Assembly (NCBI GenBank): GCA_034780895.1
Contig: JAUZTB010000070.1
Location: 13,283,612 to 13,343,198 of the forward strand
Length of the DNA stretch: 59,587 nucleotides
Direction of reading: 5' to 3'
Source of the DNA: Rhynchobatus australiae
Lineage: Eukaryota
Below, piece by piece: positions 13,330 to 26,016 of this stretch. The notes under the pieces were generated by a model. The model was given only the letters and a program-made list of their open reading frames with translations. It was not told the origin of the DNA and did not search any database. The position numbers were made by a program, and so were the translations under genes. The first letter of the stretch is position 1. Each line of letters begins with the position of its first letter.

Positions 13330-14480
13330 TTGTCATTGAAGGAAATGCCACCACGTGCAGGGTCTCATCCAAGTCGTGCATCATACTGACTTTGAAATAC
13401 ATCACCATTCCCTTCCTCTCACTGGGTCTAAATCTTGGAATTCCCTACTCAATTATGTTTGGGAATACCTTCACCAGAGGACTGCAGTAGTTCACAAAGG
13501 AAGCTCATAACCACTTTCTTAAGGGCGGTTAGGATGAAAAATAAATGGTGGCTTTGCCAGTGACATTCTCCTGCCATAAATAATTTTGTAAAAAGTTCTC
13601 AGCCTGTGACATTACATCCTAGGTCCATCTCCATTGGCTTCATCAATGACCTTCCCTCTTGTGTCAGAAGTGGGAATATTTACTGATGATTACATTATAT
13701 TTAGATCCATATTCAACTTCTCAGCAAAACCTAGACAACATTCAGGCATGGGACAAAAAGAGGCAAGAAACATACGTGCCATATGAATGTCTGACAGTGA
13801 TTAGTTCCAACATAGGTTAGTTTAACCACCTCCCCTTCATGTTCAATGGTTTTATAGTCACCAAGCCTTCTACCTCCTGGTGCTCACCATTTATCAGGAA
13901 AATCCTAACTGGAGCAGCACATAAATAGTATGATACACTGGCAAGTCAGAGGCTGAGTATTCCACAGTAAGTGAATAACCTCCTTACTCACAAAGGCATT
14001 CAACTATCTACGAGGCACGGTTCAGGAATGTCATTAAATAAGATGCTCTTCCCTGGATGAATCCAATGACAACAGCAAATAAGAAGCTTAACCTCATTCA
14101 AGACTAAACAGGCACCCATCCCCACCACCCTAAACATTTACTCCTTCCACTACCACTGCACTGTTACTGTAGAAAACCCTCTGCAGTGACTTCTAACGTT
14201 TCTATTGTTAGCACATCCCACACCTGCAAGTTCTACTGCCTAGAAAGACAAGGGCAGAGGCACACAGGAAGCTGCAAATTCCTCACCAAGTCATCCTGAC
14301 TTGGAAACATGTTGCTGATCCTTCATCTTCAGAGCGTAGAACACACGGGACACTTTACCTAAAAACTCTGTTGTAACATCTTCAACACAAGGACTGCAGC
14401 AGTTCAAGTCTCATCACCATCTTCCTAAGGCTAATTAGTGATGAACAATAAATTCTGGCCTTGACTGTGACATCATATCT
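13330..14480 (+). mobile_element. Two CR1/L2-clade LINE 3' fragments in sense orientation
   Basis: FINDLPS..EVGIFTDD RT motif at ~13640. Two copies of the GGACTGCAG..TTCA..CACC..CT.AAGG..AATAAA 3' end. Confidence 0.7.
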
Positions 14481-14682
14481 TATAAAATTATTTTTATGTC
14501 CTCAGTCAAAAATAAGTCTTTTTAGTCTTAACAGTGCGAGGTAACCAGAACTTAGTACTGTATAGTCTTGTGAATATTATCCATTCTCCCTGCTAAGGCA
14601 CACAAAATAAAATGATGCAATGTTGCTATCCATGAGGTTTTCCCCAGAAACTAAGGGAATTAACATTACTTTCATTTTTTAG

Positions 14683-14881
14683 GGATCGTCTTCGAACTAC
14701 CACCAACGTGCTAGGCGACTCATTGGGAGCAGGCATTGTGGAGCACCTTTCGAGGCATGAACTGCACACAGAGGATACAGAAGTTGGAAACTCAGTCATT
14801 GAGGAAAATGAGAAACCTTATCAGCTCATCTGCCAGGAACATGAAAACCAGAAGCACGTGGATAGTGAGACAATGATGTGA
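14683..14881 (+). CDS. SLC1A8: EAAT1-like transporter last coding exon ([65 protein letters not shown])
   Basis: Acceptor ttttAG at 14681-14682, TGA at 14879-14881, EAAT1-type C-terminal tail. Confidence 0.95.
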
Positions 14882-15035
14882 CCAAGACTAAGATAGATCC
14901 AGTATCGAAGAGATAAACACATACACAACCATGTAAATTGTGTGTCTGTGCATTTCTAATCAAACTAGCCAGCAAAGGAACATCTAAAACAATCTAATTA
15001 CTTAAGCAAGAATCCTGCAAAAATAGGGGCAGACC

Positions 15036-15340
15036 TGTACGCATGTGTATTTTCAAGTGCGTACCATCCATATTTGTGCCTATGTGAGTGCATTCATGTA
15101 CACATGGTGCCCATGTTTGTATGTACACATGTGCGAATGTTTATCACTAGCTGTGATCATGTGTGTTTGTATGCATTTCTGTGCAGGTGCACATAAATGT
15201 CAAAACCGTGGTTTGTGGGCATTCATCTGTTCATATGTGCATATCTGCATGCTCTCTCCACATACATGACAAGTATTTATGCATATGCATGTGTACAGGT
15301 CTTTACATATGTGTGTCTTTGTACATGCATGTGCATGGAG
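15036..15340. repeat. Degenerate alternating purine-pyrimidine (TG/CA/TA) low-complexity tract in the 3' UTR
   Basis: Dense ATGTG, TGCAT, GTACAC and CATATG motifs over ~300 bp. Confidence 0.7.
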
Positions 15341-16787
15341 TTTTTAACTGGAAAGGGTAACTTTTTTAAACAGGTAGTTCCCTCAGTAGCACTTTCATAG
15401 TTGGGAGAGGATTTCTCATGTGCTGTGTGTGAAATCATAAATATGTTTCTGACTTTGCTGCTCCCAGCACCTCAAAGAAAACTTGTCCCATTGTCAGAAC
15501 AGAATTTTCATTAGAAATACTTGAAGAAGAAAAATATTAAAGGGACAGGGAAAGAGGCAGGGAAGTGGGATGAAAATAGATTAGTATTCAGTAAGCATGA
15601 GCTGAATAGACTCCATCGGTACTGGGATTTCTGTGGTAATCTTGTGATATTTTCTTGAGTTAAAACTGGTCAATTTTTGCAAAACCTTGCTGTGTTGGCA
15701 GACATCTGTCAAGGGACCAATTTTCTTCATCCATTGCAAGTTGTGCCTGTCCAGTTACAAAATGGTGCTAAGTCCATTTGGAGTGGAATTTGACTTTATG
15801 TGGGAATGTAAAGCATGTGATGGTGGATTGGCATCCCATCTCACATCTTCTCCTGTTTTTGTATGGAAGCCAGAGGTAATGTCGAATATCATGCTACACA
15901 GGGCATTAAAATCTGCCCTCCACAGCACAAGAGGAGGAAAGGGACATATAAGGCCTCAGACCCTATTTCCCCTTATTGACATGAAATGCCTACCTTTTGA
16001 ATGTGGGGGAACTCCATCGTAACAATGCCGAAACTGTGGCAGAGTGAGAGAAACTCCACGTAAATAACCACATCTCCAGATTTCAATATTGTCTTCATAA
16101 TCCTTTCATACTTCCAAAACATTTCGACATCCTAACAAGGAGTCCACAGTATACCCCCTTTCACTACATTGTTCTATCCCATTTATCATGCTTTGTGATC
16201 ATCAGGCCAGAAATAAAACTAAGCAAAATATGATTAATTAGTTCTTGTAACAAGTAAACCCTGATTCATTAATCCACTAGGGTTATGCAGACACTGAGTC
16301 GGTAGCAGGTTGAATAATCTTAGGTCAGCCCAGATATAATGTTAAAGTAGATCCTTTGAGTTAGACACAGTGACTTCTGCACACACTCATGGAGTCAGTA
16401 TGCAAAAGAGACTTGCAATCTTTAGGTATTATGAAAGTAACATTTCCTAATCTTCAACTGGTCTCATTGTCAGATGATGTAAAATGTATGATATCTGTGA
16501 TGTATTTTTAATCTCTAAATGATATGTGGCATTAGATCAGAAACTTGTACTCAAATCCAATCAAAACATTGTACTTCCATATCACTAATTCACTTCTGAG
16601 TAAAGTCTCCTCTGTTCCTCCATTACAATGATTTTGGGTGTGCACCTTGCTGCAATTAAATATGTAGTTACCTTTCAATTATTCAGCACTTTCAGCTTTG
16701 TCCTCTCTTCCAAAAGAATCTTAAAAGCTCCTAAATGATTTCAGATGATATTTAGATTAATATCACTCTTCAAAAACACTGAGATGG

Positions 16788-16793
16788 AATAAA
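16788..16793 (+). terminator. Candidate polyadenylation signal of the SLC1A gene
   Basis: AATAAA followed by GT-rich sequence (TGTTGTTAGTGTT), shortly before repeats resume. Confidence 0.4.
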
Positions 16794-17015
16794 TGTCTTT
16801 CACTCAATTTATTCATAAATGTTGTTAGTGTTAAGTGCTGAGATGTACTGTGAGCCTTCAGAGGAAGTTCCCTGAGTCTTCTGGAAGAATGCAAGGAAAT
16901 GTTCTGATCGTTAGATATGGTCATATCATTCCAATGTGAAACCCCTCCATGGCGTCCTTGTAACTTTAGCCCAGAAGTTCAAAGAATGAGGAGGGCTGCA
17001 ATGTAATAAAGACAG

Positions 17016-17225
17016 AAAATGCTGGAAACACACAGAAGGTCGGGCGGCATCTGTGGAAAGAGAAAAAGGGTCAATATTTCAGGTCGAAGAATCTTCATCT
17101 GAATGAAGATCTTTGACCTGAAATGTTAACTCACTTTCTCCTTCTACAATTGCTGCCAGACCTACTGAGTGTTTCTAGCATTTTTGATTTTTATTTCAGA
17201 TTTCCAGCATCTACAGTTTTTCTTT
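17016..17225. repeat. Palindromic head-to-head pair of Penelope-like terminal repeats
   Basis: Arms ~17016-17098 and ~17103-17184 are imperfect reverse complements around a 4-nt loop. Confidence 0.8.
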
Positions 17226-18809
17226 AATTTTCATTTATGGGCTGGAAAGTTAACTCTGTTTGAACAGTAACTTGGCTCTGGAAAAGCTGCCAGTACAAGG
17301 ATGAGACCATGGATTTCTTCTGATCTCTCATCATAGATCTGGCAGGAGATAGTTGGGAACCTCAGGAAAACAGGAAACCATTATTTCTTGGGTTTCCTCA
17401 ATATAAGTGACAGAATTTCTATTTGTTCCTGAAATGACAAATGATGGACCAGAGCAGGGACTCTGTGAGGCAGGAGTTCCCTCTCCCGATCAACAGACAA
17501 GCCTAATGTTTAAATCAAGGGAGTGGAAGTGCACCGGTTGCCACAAAGGTGCATATGCATCCCGTAGCGAATGGGCCTTGGACCCAAAATGGAAACAAGT
17601 GTTCATTTAAAAATTGACCAGAAGCTCATCTGACAAGTGCTGGGTTAGGCGGACGTTCCTGTCACCTTGGTGTGAGAGATTGGCCTGTGCCAGGCAGATG
17701 TCCTCCTTAATTTGTAAACGTCAGCTTGGTCTGCTCTCAAGCTTATTGTTGGGTGTGGTTTCATGGATTTGCATGTTTCATCATTTGCAGTCTAGTGAAA
17801 TATCCAAACCCTTAAGATTGCATATTTCACCAGGTTACATATTTCACTAGATTACAAATCTTTNNNNNNNNNNNNNNNNNNNNNNNNNNNNNNNNNNNNN
17901 NNNNNNNNNNNNNNNNNNNNNNNNNNNNNNNNNNNNNNNNNNNNNNNNNNNNNNNNNNNNNNNCTCATTTCATGGATGTTATTTGAAGACCATACATTTT
18001 CTTGAAGATCTGGTAGATTTTAAAAGTATCTTAACAGACTAGAATTGAACCGTTTTGAGTGAGGTGGATTTCTTGCAGAGCATTCTGCTCAAAGTTCAGA
18101 AGTGGCACCCAGTTGAGCAGAAGTGCACTAAAATGTCATCACTGTCGACTCTTGTTCCTCCTGTTTCTTCCCCTTTGTGTCTGCATTGGGACAAAGAGAG
18201 GTGTAAAAGATATATTTCATGATTAAATAAAGCTAATAGACTCAGATCGGCTTGACAAGCACAGAAACCGACTGGCAGATACAAACCAACAACCTATACA
18301 TTTTCATGACATCATCGTACTCAAGGCATTTTGCTCTATGAATCCTCTTCAAAGTTGGATATACAGTATAAGCAACTGAGCAATCGTAATTATTATTAGT
18401 AGATGAGACAAGGCAACTCTCATCCCAATATTTCCTTTCAAGAATAACTTAGATGAAGCAGGCATGGGCTGATGTATGAGGTGATACACTGATGGACCTG
18501 AAGTTGAAGGGAAGATGAACTCTGAGCACATCTGGAGCCCACAATATAAGAGCAAACTTAAGATACAGGTGCACTGAAAACCCTGTAAAATAAACCCTGA
18601 TTGTTGTGCAGTTCTGAACACGGATCAGTTAAGTTTTAAATTATTAACTGCTGATAGATTGTAGGGGTTTTAAATCTAATCAGTCAGAAGTTGTAATTTG
18701 CATCTCTGTTATCTTCCCATGTATTGACAATGCCATCATCTCCAAACATCTGCACACAATGAATGTGATTGCAGCAGCACTCTATAAAAGAGTGCAGTTT
18801 ACCTGGGAT

Positions 18810-19100
18810 ATATTTATAAAGCACCTTTCCTGACTTCAGGACATGACAAAGTGATTTGCAATCAGTGAAATACTGTGAAATATAGTCATTCTCATAATGC
18901 AGATATTACATCAGCCAATATGCTGACGAACAGTGACATGGTAATAGCAATCTGTTTTAGTGATGTTAATTGAGGCAAATCTGTGTGCATATTTCTGTGA
19001 ATGAACAACATTGGCTGTTTCTGTAATAGAACAGAAAGTGCATCAACTTCCAGCGTGAACCTACACGTCTCACAATCTGACAGCAGACTCCTCACACAGG
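18810..19100 (-). mobile_element. Old Deu-domain SINE (SacSINE/AmnSINE-like) remnant
   Basis: AAAGCACCTTT..CAGGACA..AAAG..CTGTTTTAGTGATGTTAATTGAGG resembles the reverse complement of the Deu-SINE consensus. Confidence 0.5.
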
Positions 19101-20029
19101 TTGTAAGATCAAACAGTTACTGCAATGAAGAAGTAACATATGATGTCACAAATTTATAAATGATTTACTTTGAAACTAAAGACTAGAAGTTAATTTTGAT
19201 GACACGAGAGGCAAACACCTAAGAATATTATTTCTTTGCCTGATGTTGTGAATCAGGAACTAGCCGACAGCAAATAAACAGGTTAGTGCTTCTGTTAAAA
19301 TATTAAAGGAATAACATTTTAATTATTAAATGCAATTGCTTGGCTTAAAGAATGTTAGAACATAGAAGAAAATATGTCAAGGAAAGTTTTTTGTCAATAG
19401 ATTATCACGATGCACAGAATTCACACATTTTAGGTTTTACTGTTTAATGGAATAGGCACACTTATGAACTTATTTCAATATATAACACACCTATTAATAA
19501 ATATATCTCTTACGTAGGCTCCTTATTAAAACAAGTTTCTGTCTGAAGCTAACCAAGCCTATAAGTTAATTTCTCGACTGTGTTCTGATGAATTATGATT
19601 CCAAAGTTCCATCATAACAAAATTATTCTGGCTATGTCACTGTCAGCACCACACTACACATGGAGCAACAACAGCCAAACATTTGTGTTGCCTGCAAACT
19701 CTCCAGTCTCCAAGTCAAAGCAAAACAAGCTTTCACTGAAATCACTTAACGAAATGTGATCTTTCTTCCATAATTCCACTGTGGTGTTCATTGACAAAGT
19801 ATAGAGAGCCATAGTGTGATACATCATGGAAACAAGACCACACTGACTATCAAGCACCCATTTACACTAATTCTGCACTAAACCCACTTTATTCCCTCTC
19901 CTCATCAACACCCTCTAGATTCNNNNNNNNNNNNNNNNNNNNNNNNNNNNNNNNNNNNNNNNNNNNNNNNNNNNNNNNNNNNNNNNNNNNNNNNNNNNNN
20001 NNNNNNNNNNNNNNNNNNNNNNTACCACT

Positions 20030-20230
20030 TACATGCATACTGGGTCAATTTCATAGAAGCTCAGTAACCTACCAGCCAGCATGTCTTTGGGATGTGGAAG
20101 GAAACCAGATGACTTAGAAGAAACCCACGCAGCACAGGGAGAACGTGCAAACTGGGAACCACAGGTCAGGATCGAACCTGGTTCACTGGAGCTGTGAGGC
20201 AGCAGCTCTACTAACTGCACCACTGTGGCT
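20030..20230 (-). mobile_element. tRNA-derived V-SINE (HE1-like)
   Basis: The reverse complement has A/B boxes (GGTGCAGTTAG..GGTTCGATCC) followed by the TTTGCACGTTCTCCCTGTG..GCGTGGGTTT core. Confidence 0.8.
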
Positions 20231-20236
20231 CACCAG

Positions 20237-20273
20237 TTTCCGATGCAGCTTTCCGATGCAGCTTTCCGATGCA
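20237..20273. repeat. 13-bp tandem repeat (TTTCCGATGCAGC) x ~3
   Basis: Read directly from the sequence. Confidence 0.9.
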
Positions 20274-22197
20274 TTACCTGAATGCTTTGAAGAGTTTTCT
20301 TTGCAGATCAATCTGACTGGGAGGATATAATGTATTGTAACCAGGATCTTGAGCCATTTTAGAAACATACAAGTTAGTCTTGAAAGCATTTTCCAATGCA
20401 ACATTAGTGAGATCAATACCATAAACCGAAGGAACTGATTAAACTTCTAGCTGTTGTAATGACCCTCTCATTGTTATGGTTTAGAGGATTTGTGATGTAC
20501 AAAATGTAACTATGTTGCTTAAGTTAAATACAAGATAGGATGTCCAGTGCTATATATATGTAGCTGATGTCCTAGACAATGGTCTATTTAACCAGACAGG
20601 TCAAGTTAAGCTTTTTGTCATGTGCACAAGTACATATGAGGTANNNNNNNNNNNNNNNNNNNNNNNNNNNNNNNNNNNNNNNNNNNNNNNNNNNNNNNNN
20701 NNNNNNNNNNNNNNNNNNNNNNNNNNNNNNNNNNNNNNNNNNNNNNNNNNNNNNNNNNNNNNNNNNNNNNNNNNNNNNNNNNNNNNNNNNNNNNNNNNNN
20801 NNNNNNNNNNNNNNNNNNNNNNNNNNNNNNNNNNNNNNNNNNNNNNNNNNNNNNNNNNNNNNNNNNNNNNNNNNNNNNNNNNNNNNNNNNNNNNNNNNNN
20901 NNNNNNNNNNNNNNNNNNNNNNNNNNNNNNNNNNNNNNNNNNNNNNNNNNNNNNNNNNNNNNNNNNNNNNNNNNNNNNNNNNNNNNNNNNNNNNNNNNNN
21001 NNNNNNNNNNNNNNNNNNNNNNNNNNNNNNNNNNNNNNNNNNNNNNNNNNNNNNNNNNNNNNNNNNNNNNNNNNNNNNNNNNNNNNNNNNNNNNNNNNNN
21101 NNNNNNNNNNNNNNNNNNNNNNNNNNNNNNNNNNNNNNNNNNNNNNNNNNNNNNNNNNNNNNNNNNNNGTCTAAGAAACACCTCAAGAGTATTTCCCATT
21201 GAGAACGGTCACAGGCATCAATCATTCCAACAGTTCTACCTCTATCACCAGATGGAGCTTCAGCAATTCCCAACACATTAACCTTAAATTCCACGACTTC
21301 AGGCACTATGTCAGCAGTTAAACCTCCCTCCTTGATACCACTTAAGTTCAGAAGAAATTATCATCACTTTCTACTTTCTGTCTTTAGCTTTCTGTTGCCT
21401 TTTTTTGACTAATCCACCTCCTGTGCTTTTACTCAATGAAACCAAGACAACGTTTCCCTCACTTTCCATTAATGTTGATGTTAGAACAGCAGCTGGAATC
21501 TGTCTTCCATGTGAGGCTCTGTCTATATTTACAAATTTCTCTTCACCTTTTATTCATTGACAGGATCTGAGTGTCACCGACAAGGCCAGCACTTACTGCC
21601 CATCCCCAAATGGCCCTAAGAGGTGGTCAGTCAACTGGTGCAGTCCTTCTGGGTGAAGGAACCCCCGTGGCTATATTGGATGGGGCATTCCGGGATCTAG
21701 GCCCACCCACTGTAAAGGAACGGCAATATATTTCCACACCAGGATGGTGTGTTAAGTGAAGGGGAACCTGCAACTACAGCCCCTATTCTACTTGGTGGTA
21801 GATGTGGTTTTGTAAAATCTGTAGGCTCTTCAATATTTCTCTTCAGTAACCAGGGCGAAAGTAACTTATATTTCTCACCAGTCAGGTCATATCACAGACA
21901 TACCATCTAACCAGTAGGCTGTACTGATCCTTGCCAACCTACTTTCACCTCTTCAGTTATCAAGGATAGACCTTTTAACCAAACATCCTTTATTGATGGC
22001 AAACAGCACTCAACTAACAGCGGTGGCTGATACAACAATGCAGTAGAAGTCAGACCACATGCAAGTCCCCTTCCGGTTACGAACAAACATAACCCGAACA
22101 TTTCACGAGTTGGAAATGCGGCCATGAACTGAATTCCCAGGTAGCAGCTGACAAATCCATCCTGCTAGTGTCCCAGACACTCACTCATAGGTACAGG

Positions 22198-22239
22198 GTG
22201 TACATAAGTTGGGTGTTCATAACCTGGGGACGACCTGTA
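22198..22239. mobile_element. Possible Tigger/Tc1-mariner-type terminal inverted repeat
   Basis: ...TTCATAACCTGGGGACGACCTG followed by TA. The partner end was not found. Confidence 0.35.
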
Positions 22240-22630
22240 GTTTTTAAATGTATATCCACACCAATATACTACACTGCTTTCCTGTTAAAAAAGTAAAAAA
22301 CCTATAACCACAATATAATAGCTATAATATCCTAAATTATTCTCCTAACTGCAATTTCATAAAGTTATACANNNNNNNNNNNNNNNNNNNNNNNNNNNNN
22401 NNNNNNNNNNNNNNNNNNNNNNNNNNNNNNNNNNNNNNNNNNNNNNNNNNNNNNNNNNNNNNNNNNNNNNNNNNNNNNNNNNNNNNNNNNNNNNNNNNNN
22501 NNNNNNNNNNNNNNNNNNNNNNNNNNNNNNNNNNNNNNNNNNNNNNNNNNNNNNNNNNNNNNNNNNNNNNNNNNNNNNNNNNNNNNNNNNNNNNNNNNNN
22601 NNNNNNNNNNNNNNNNNNNNNNNNNNNNNN

Positions 22631-22841
22631 CATTCCTGGACGTGGAGTTTGGGAATTTGCCACACACACACGACAAGTTTAGTTAGTTTTTGGGGTTAAT
22701 GTTCAAGATTTAACATTTTTACTTCTAACATTCTAACATTTTTACTTTTATTTTACTTATTATCATAAGTCCTTATTAATAAAGTAGTTTTTAACACTTA
22801 TACATGTCTCAGTGTGTTTCTTTTGTTACTGGTACATAACA
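22631..22841 (+). mobile_element. Possible 3' part of a solo LTR
   Basis: AATAAA followed by a T-rich segment ending ...TAACA. The 5' part falls in the N gap. Confidence 0.3.
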
Positions 22842-25737
22842 ATATGTACATAACTACCAATACAGTACATCACATACATCAATATTAAACCTCAGATTCA
22901 GAACCCATTGACTATTATAATTGCAACTTTACGAGGCTTCCAAACTATTCCAAGTATGACAAACTCAATCATAACAACACCTAACATTGTTTTCTTAATG
23001 TTCCCCATCTTCTTGCTTTAAAAAACCCTCCAATTCACATTGCAAACCCTTGCTTCAGTTCCCAATGGATACTGAACCTTTCTTTTTTCTTTGCTGTCTC
23101 TTTTTAAACCGGGGCATTGTCTCCAAGCTCTCTCGACGGCTTCCACTGCACACAACGTGGCCAGCGCAACCTCAGCCTCTCTTGCCGCACCTCAGCTACA
23201 CTGTACAAAGCCAACTTCAGTCCATCCAGGGCCTGATGCAACATCCTACAAGAGATCTTCAGGCTCATCCACACTGCAGTCGTTGCTCCCTCGGGGATCC
23301 AGTTGTCTGAGCATGGTTCAGGCCTCCAGCAGAAGTCTCCTAGACATTGTGGTCTTTTCCAACAGGTCTCTTCTACCAAAGCTGCACCACCCAACCTTAC
23401 TGAAGAGGCCTCACTACTACACCCTGCGTCAAACATCTCACTTCCCAGTGGGTACAGCAATGGTACAATCTTTGACCTAGCACTCCAGAAAACCAGTTAA
23501 AGAAATCCTAGAGTCCACTTCCTACCTGGTCACCACTGAGGACAATGGATGCTCTCCTCCCTGGTGAAGGCAACGTCACTGTGTCCACCATGCCCCAGAT
23601 TCAAACTATGTATCAAAGATGGTTTGTCACCTCAGACACCCCACCCCAATCTACATCTTTGGCTCTCTTGAAGATTTACTTCATCTTGAGGTGGCCCTTG
23701 CAGATTCATGCATCATGGACACCTTCTGCCCAAGAATTTCACTGCCACTGTGAACGGCTTTCCTGCAATGTAGTAAACACATGGGCAACTCCTTCTGATG
23801 GACACTCAGACAACACTAAAACCCCTGGCTTTCAAAAACCACCCTGACAATTCTTTCAATGTTCCAGAAGGTGTATCCTTCATTGATATTTGCAACCTAC
23901 ATCACCACATCTGGGAAAATCACCTTTCCGTGAATTATTGCACAATTCCACTAGATCCGTTGGCTCCTCACCATTGGATCTTCCAGCCACCTCTTGTGCA
24001 CAGAACCTTTGCATGCATTGACTCAACTTCTGACTTTCTACTTCTCAAGAAACCATTTGTTTCTCTTACCTTATACTCAGACTCCATTGGTATTGGTGTT
24101 GCTGCATCACTACCTGCTCCATGATCTTCAATGGAGAGAGCTGCCTGTCTTCTTTGTACTTTCTTTCCCAGAGATACCTTCTCTCCCCTTCCTAGGCAGT
24201 GGAACGATGACTATCAATTCTCCTTCTCCTTAATCGCCCAGTTAGAGCAACAGCTGATGGCCCTGCTGTGACTACCTGCCTCTGTGAGCCTCTCAAGCCC
24301 ATCTGAGCAGTGATCTAGAGTTGGCCCAGTGCACCCCATGGGAATTGAGTGGCTCCATGATCTCCTCACAACCCAGTAAGCTGTCCCTCCACCCAGGTAA
24401 TGGGATTCAATCAATGGAAATCAAACAACAACTGCAGATGCTGGGAGTTTAAAACAAAAACCGAAAATGATGAAAATATTCAACAGATCACTTCCTACCT
24501 GGTCACCAATGGGAAGAGAAACAGTCAATGTCTCAAATCAAAGACCCTTCATCAACCTGCTGTCCTTCATTACAGAGAAACGACACAGCCCATAAATACA
24601 ATGGGTTACTACAGCCATCTGTATCCAATAGCAATGCCTACACCTGGAGAGTTCCATCAGCAAAGGTGTCAAATACCAATTTACTCCACCTCATTGAAAG
24701 GTGCCTGAAGTATCTGGCTCTAGTACAAATGACTGGCAATAGTGTCAATGCATATATTGATTGCAGCATTTTCAATTCATAAGGAGATGACCAATGTCTT
24801 ATCAATAGATCCCTCTGCATTTCTGTCATTGATCCTGCAAGGAGACACATCTTGTGATGATGGCAAAGAAAAATTTGGGCTTGTCAATGTTCAGCTGAAG
24901 TAAAATGTGGTTTGTGATAAATGTTCCTCAGTATAACCACAGAAACAATGAGAGAGAAGGTGGGAGGTCAGAAGTTTTCATGTCTTTCTTTAAAGATGAC
25001 AAAGAGAAGTTCAAAGATGGATTCTTGGGGGTTCTGGAAGGATGTATGTTGTGAAAAGAAGGTATTGCTAACTTAACCCTTATTGATATTAGGTGGATAA
25101 TGGAACCAATCAACAACATCAGTCACACTGAGTTGGATGTTGAGCAGAGGCTGTTCAGTCCATCATGTTGAAGACTGCAGCGGGTCAGTGGGTTATTAGG
25201 ATCAGTCTCGGAGGGTGTTATTTCTGTCCGTCATTAGAAGTGCTGTAATGGGACAAAATCTGGGACTGATTGAAGTCTGGACGCTGGGTGGAAGTGCCAT
25301 AGATCAGGGAAGCTGCAGATCATTCACGGGGATGAGGTGGTCGTTTGTCAGGGTAGAAGGTCATGGATGCTTCTCGAGGAGGAACTGTCAGCTATCATCA
25401 AGGCCAGAAGGGAAGTTTGGTGCTGGAGTCAAGTCAGGAAGGGGTGGCTTCCATGGAAGGGATGACTGAGAGAGGATGTGAAGGAAATTATAGAAAGAGA
25501 AAGGCAAGACTTCAGGGCTGGGTGTGGAAGGCTGCTGGGTTGGGAGGTGGTGGTAGAGGGGAGGATTAACTTCACTGGAAAATGTTTGGAGGAGGCAGCA
25601 GAGATTGTTTTGCTCTTCGTTAAAATGAGGGCTAAGGGCTCATTGTCCTTTTGTTGCAGATGCGGATGAGGAAGTTCCATCTGAAATGAGTTTAAGGAGA
25701 CAGTTGGCAGCAGAGGAAAGAAGCTGTGGTTCATTTA

Positions 25738-26016
25738 TCGGGCAGTGCAATGTTGCAGCTAGTGGAGCTGCTTCTTCACAGCTCCAGCAACTCAGGTTCA
25801 ATCCTGACCTCTGGTGGTGTCCATGGAATTTCTCCAGATGATCATGTGGGTTTCCCCAGGGTGCTTCTGGTTTCCAACTACATCCCAGAGACGTGGAGGT
25901 TGGGAGGTTAATTGCCTCTGTAAATTGCCCTTAGTGTCAAAGTGAGTGATAGAAATTGGAGGGAGTTGATGGAAATGTGGGGAGATCAAATTGAATAATT
26001 GTAGGATTAGTGTAAC
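25738..26016 (+). mobile_element. tRNA-derived V-SINE
   Basis: GGGCAGTGCAATGTTGCAGCTAG..CAGGTTCAATCCTGACC..TGTGGGTTTCCCCAGGGTGC..TGTAAATTGCCC. Confidence 0.8.

Noticed and set aside
20579-21306. Long ORFs full of X (also at ~500, 22.3k, 26k, 34.3k, 46.4k, 54k and 58.7k)
   Set aside because: Artefacts of translating through N gaps.
23000-24400. C-rich region with several short overlapping ORFs, possibly a decayed L1/Tx1-type element
   Set aside because: No convincing protein motif or splice pattern, so I cannot classify it without a repeat search.
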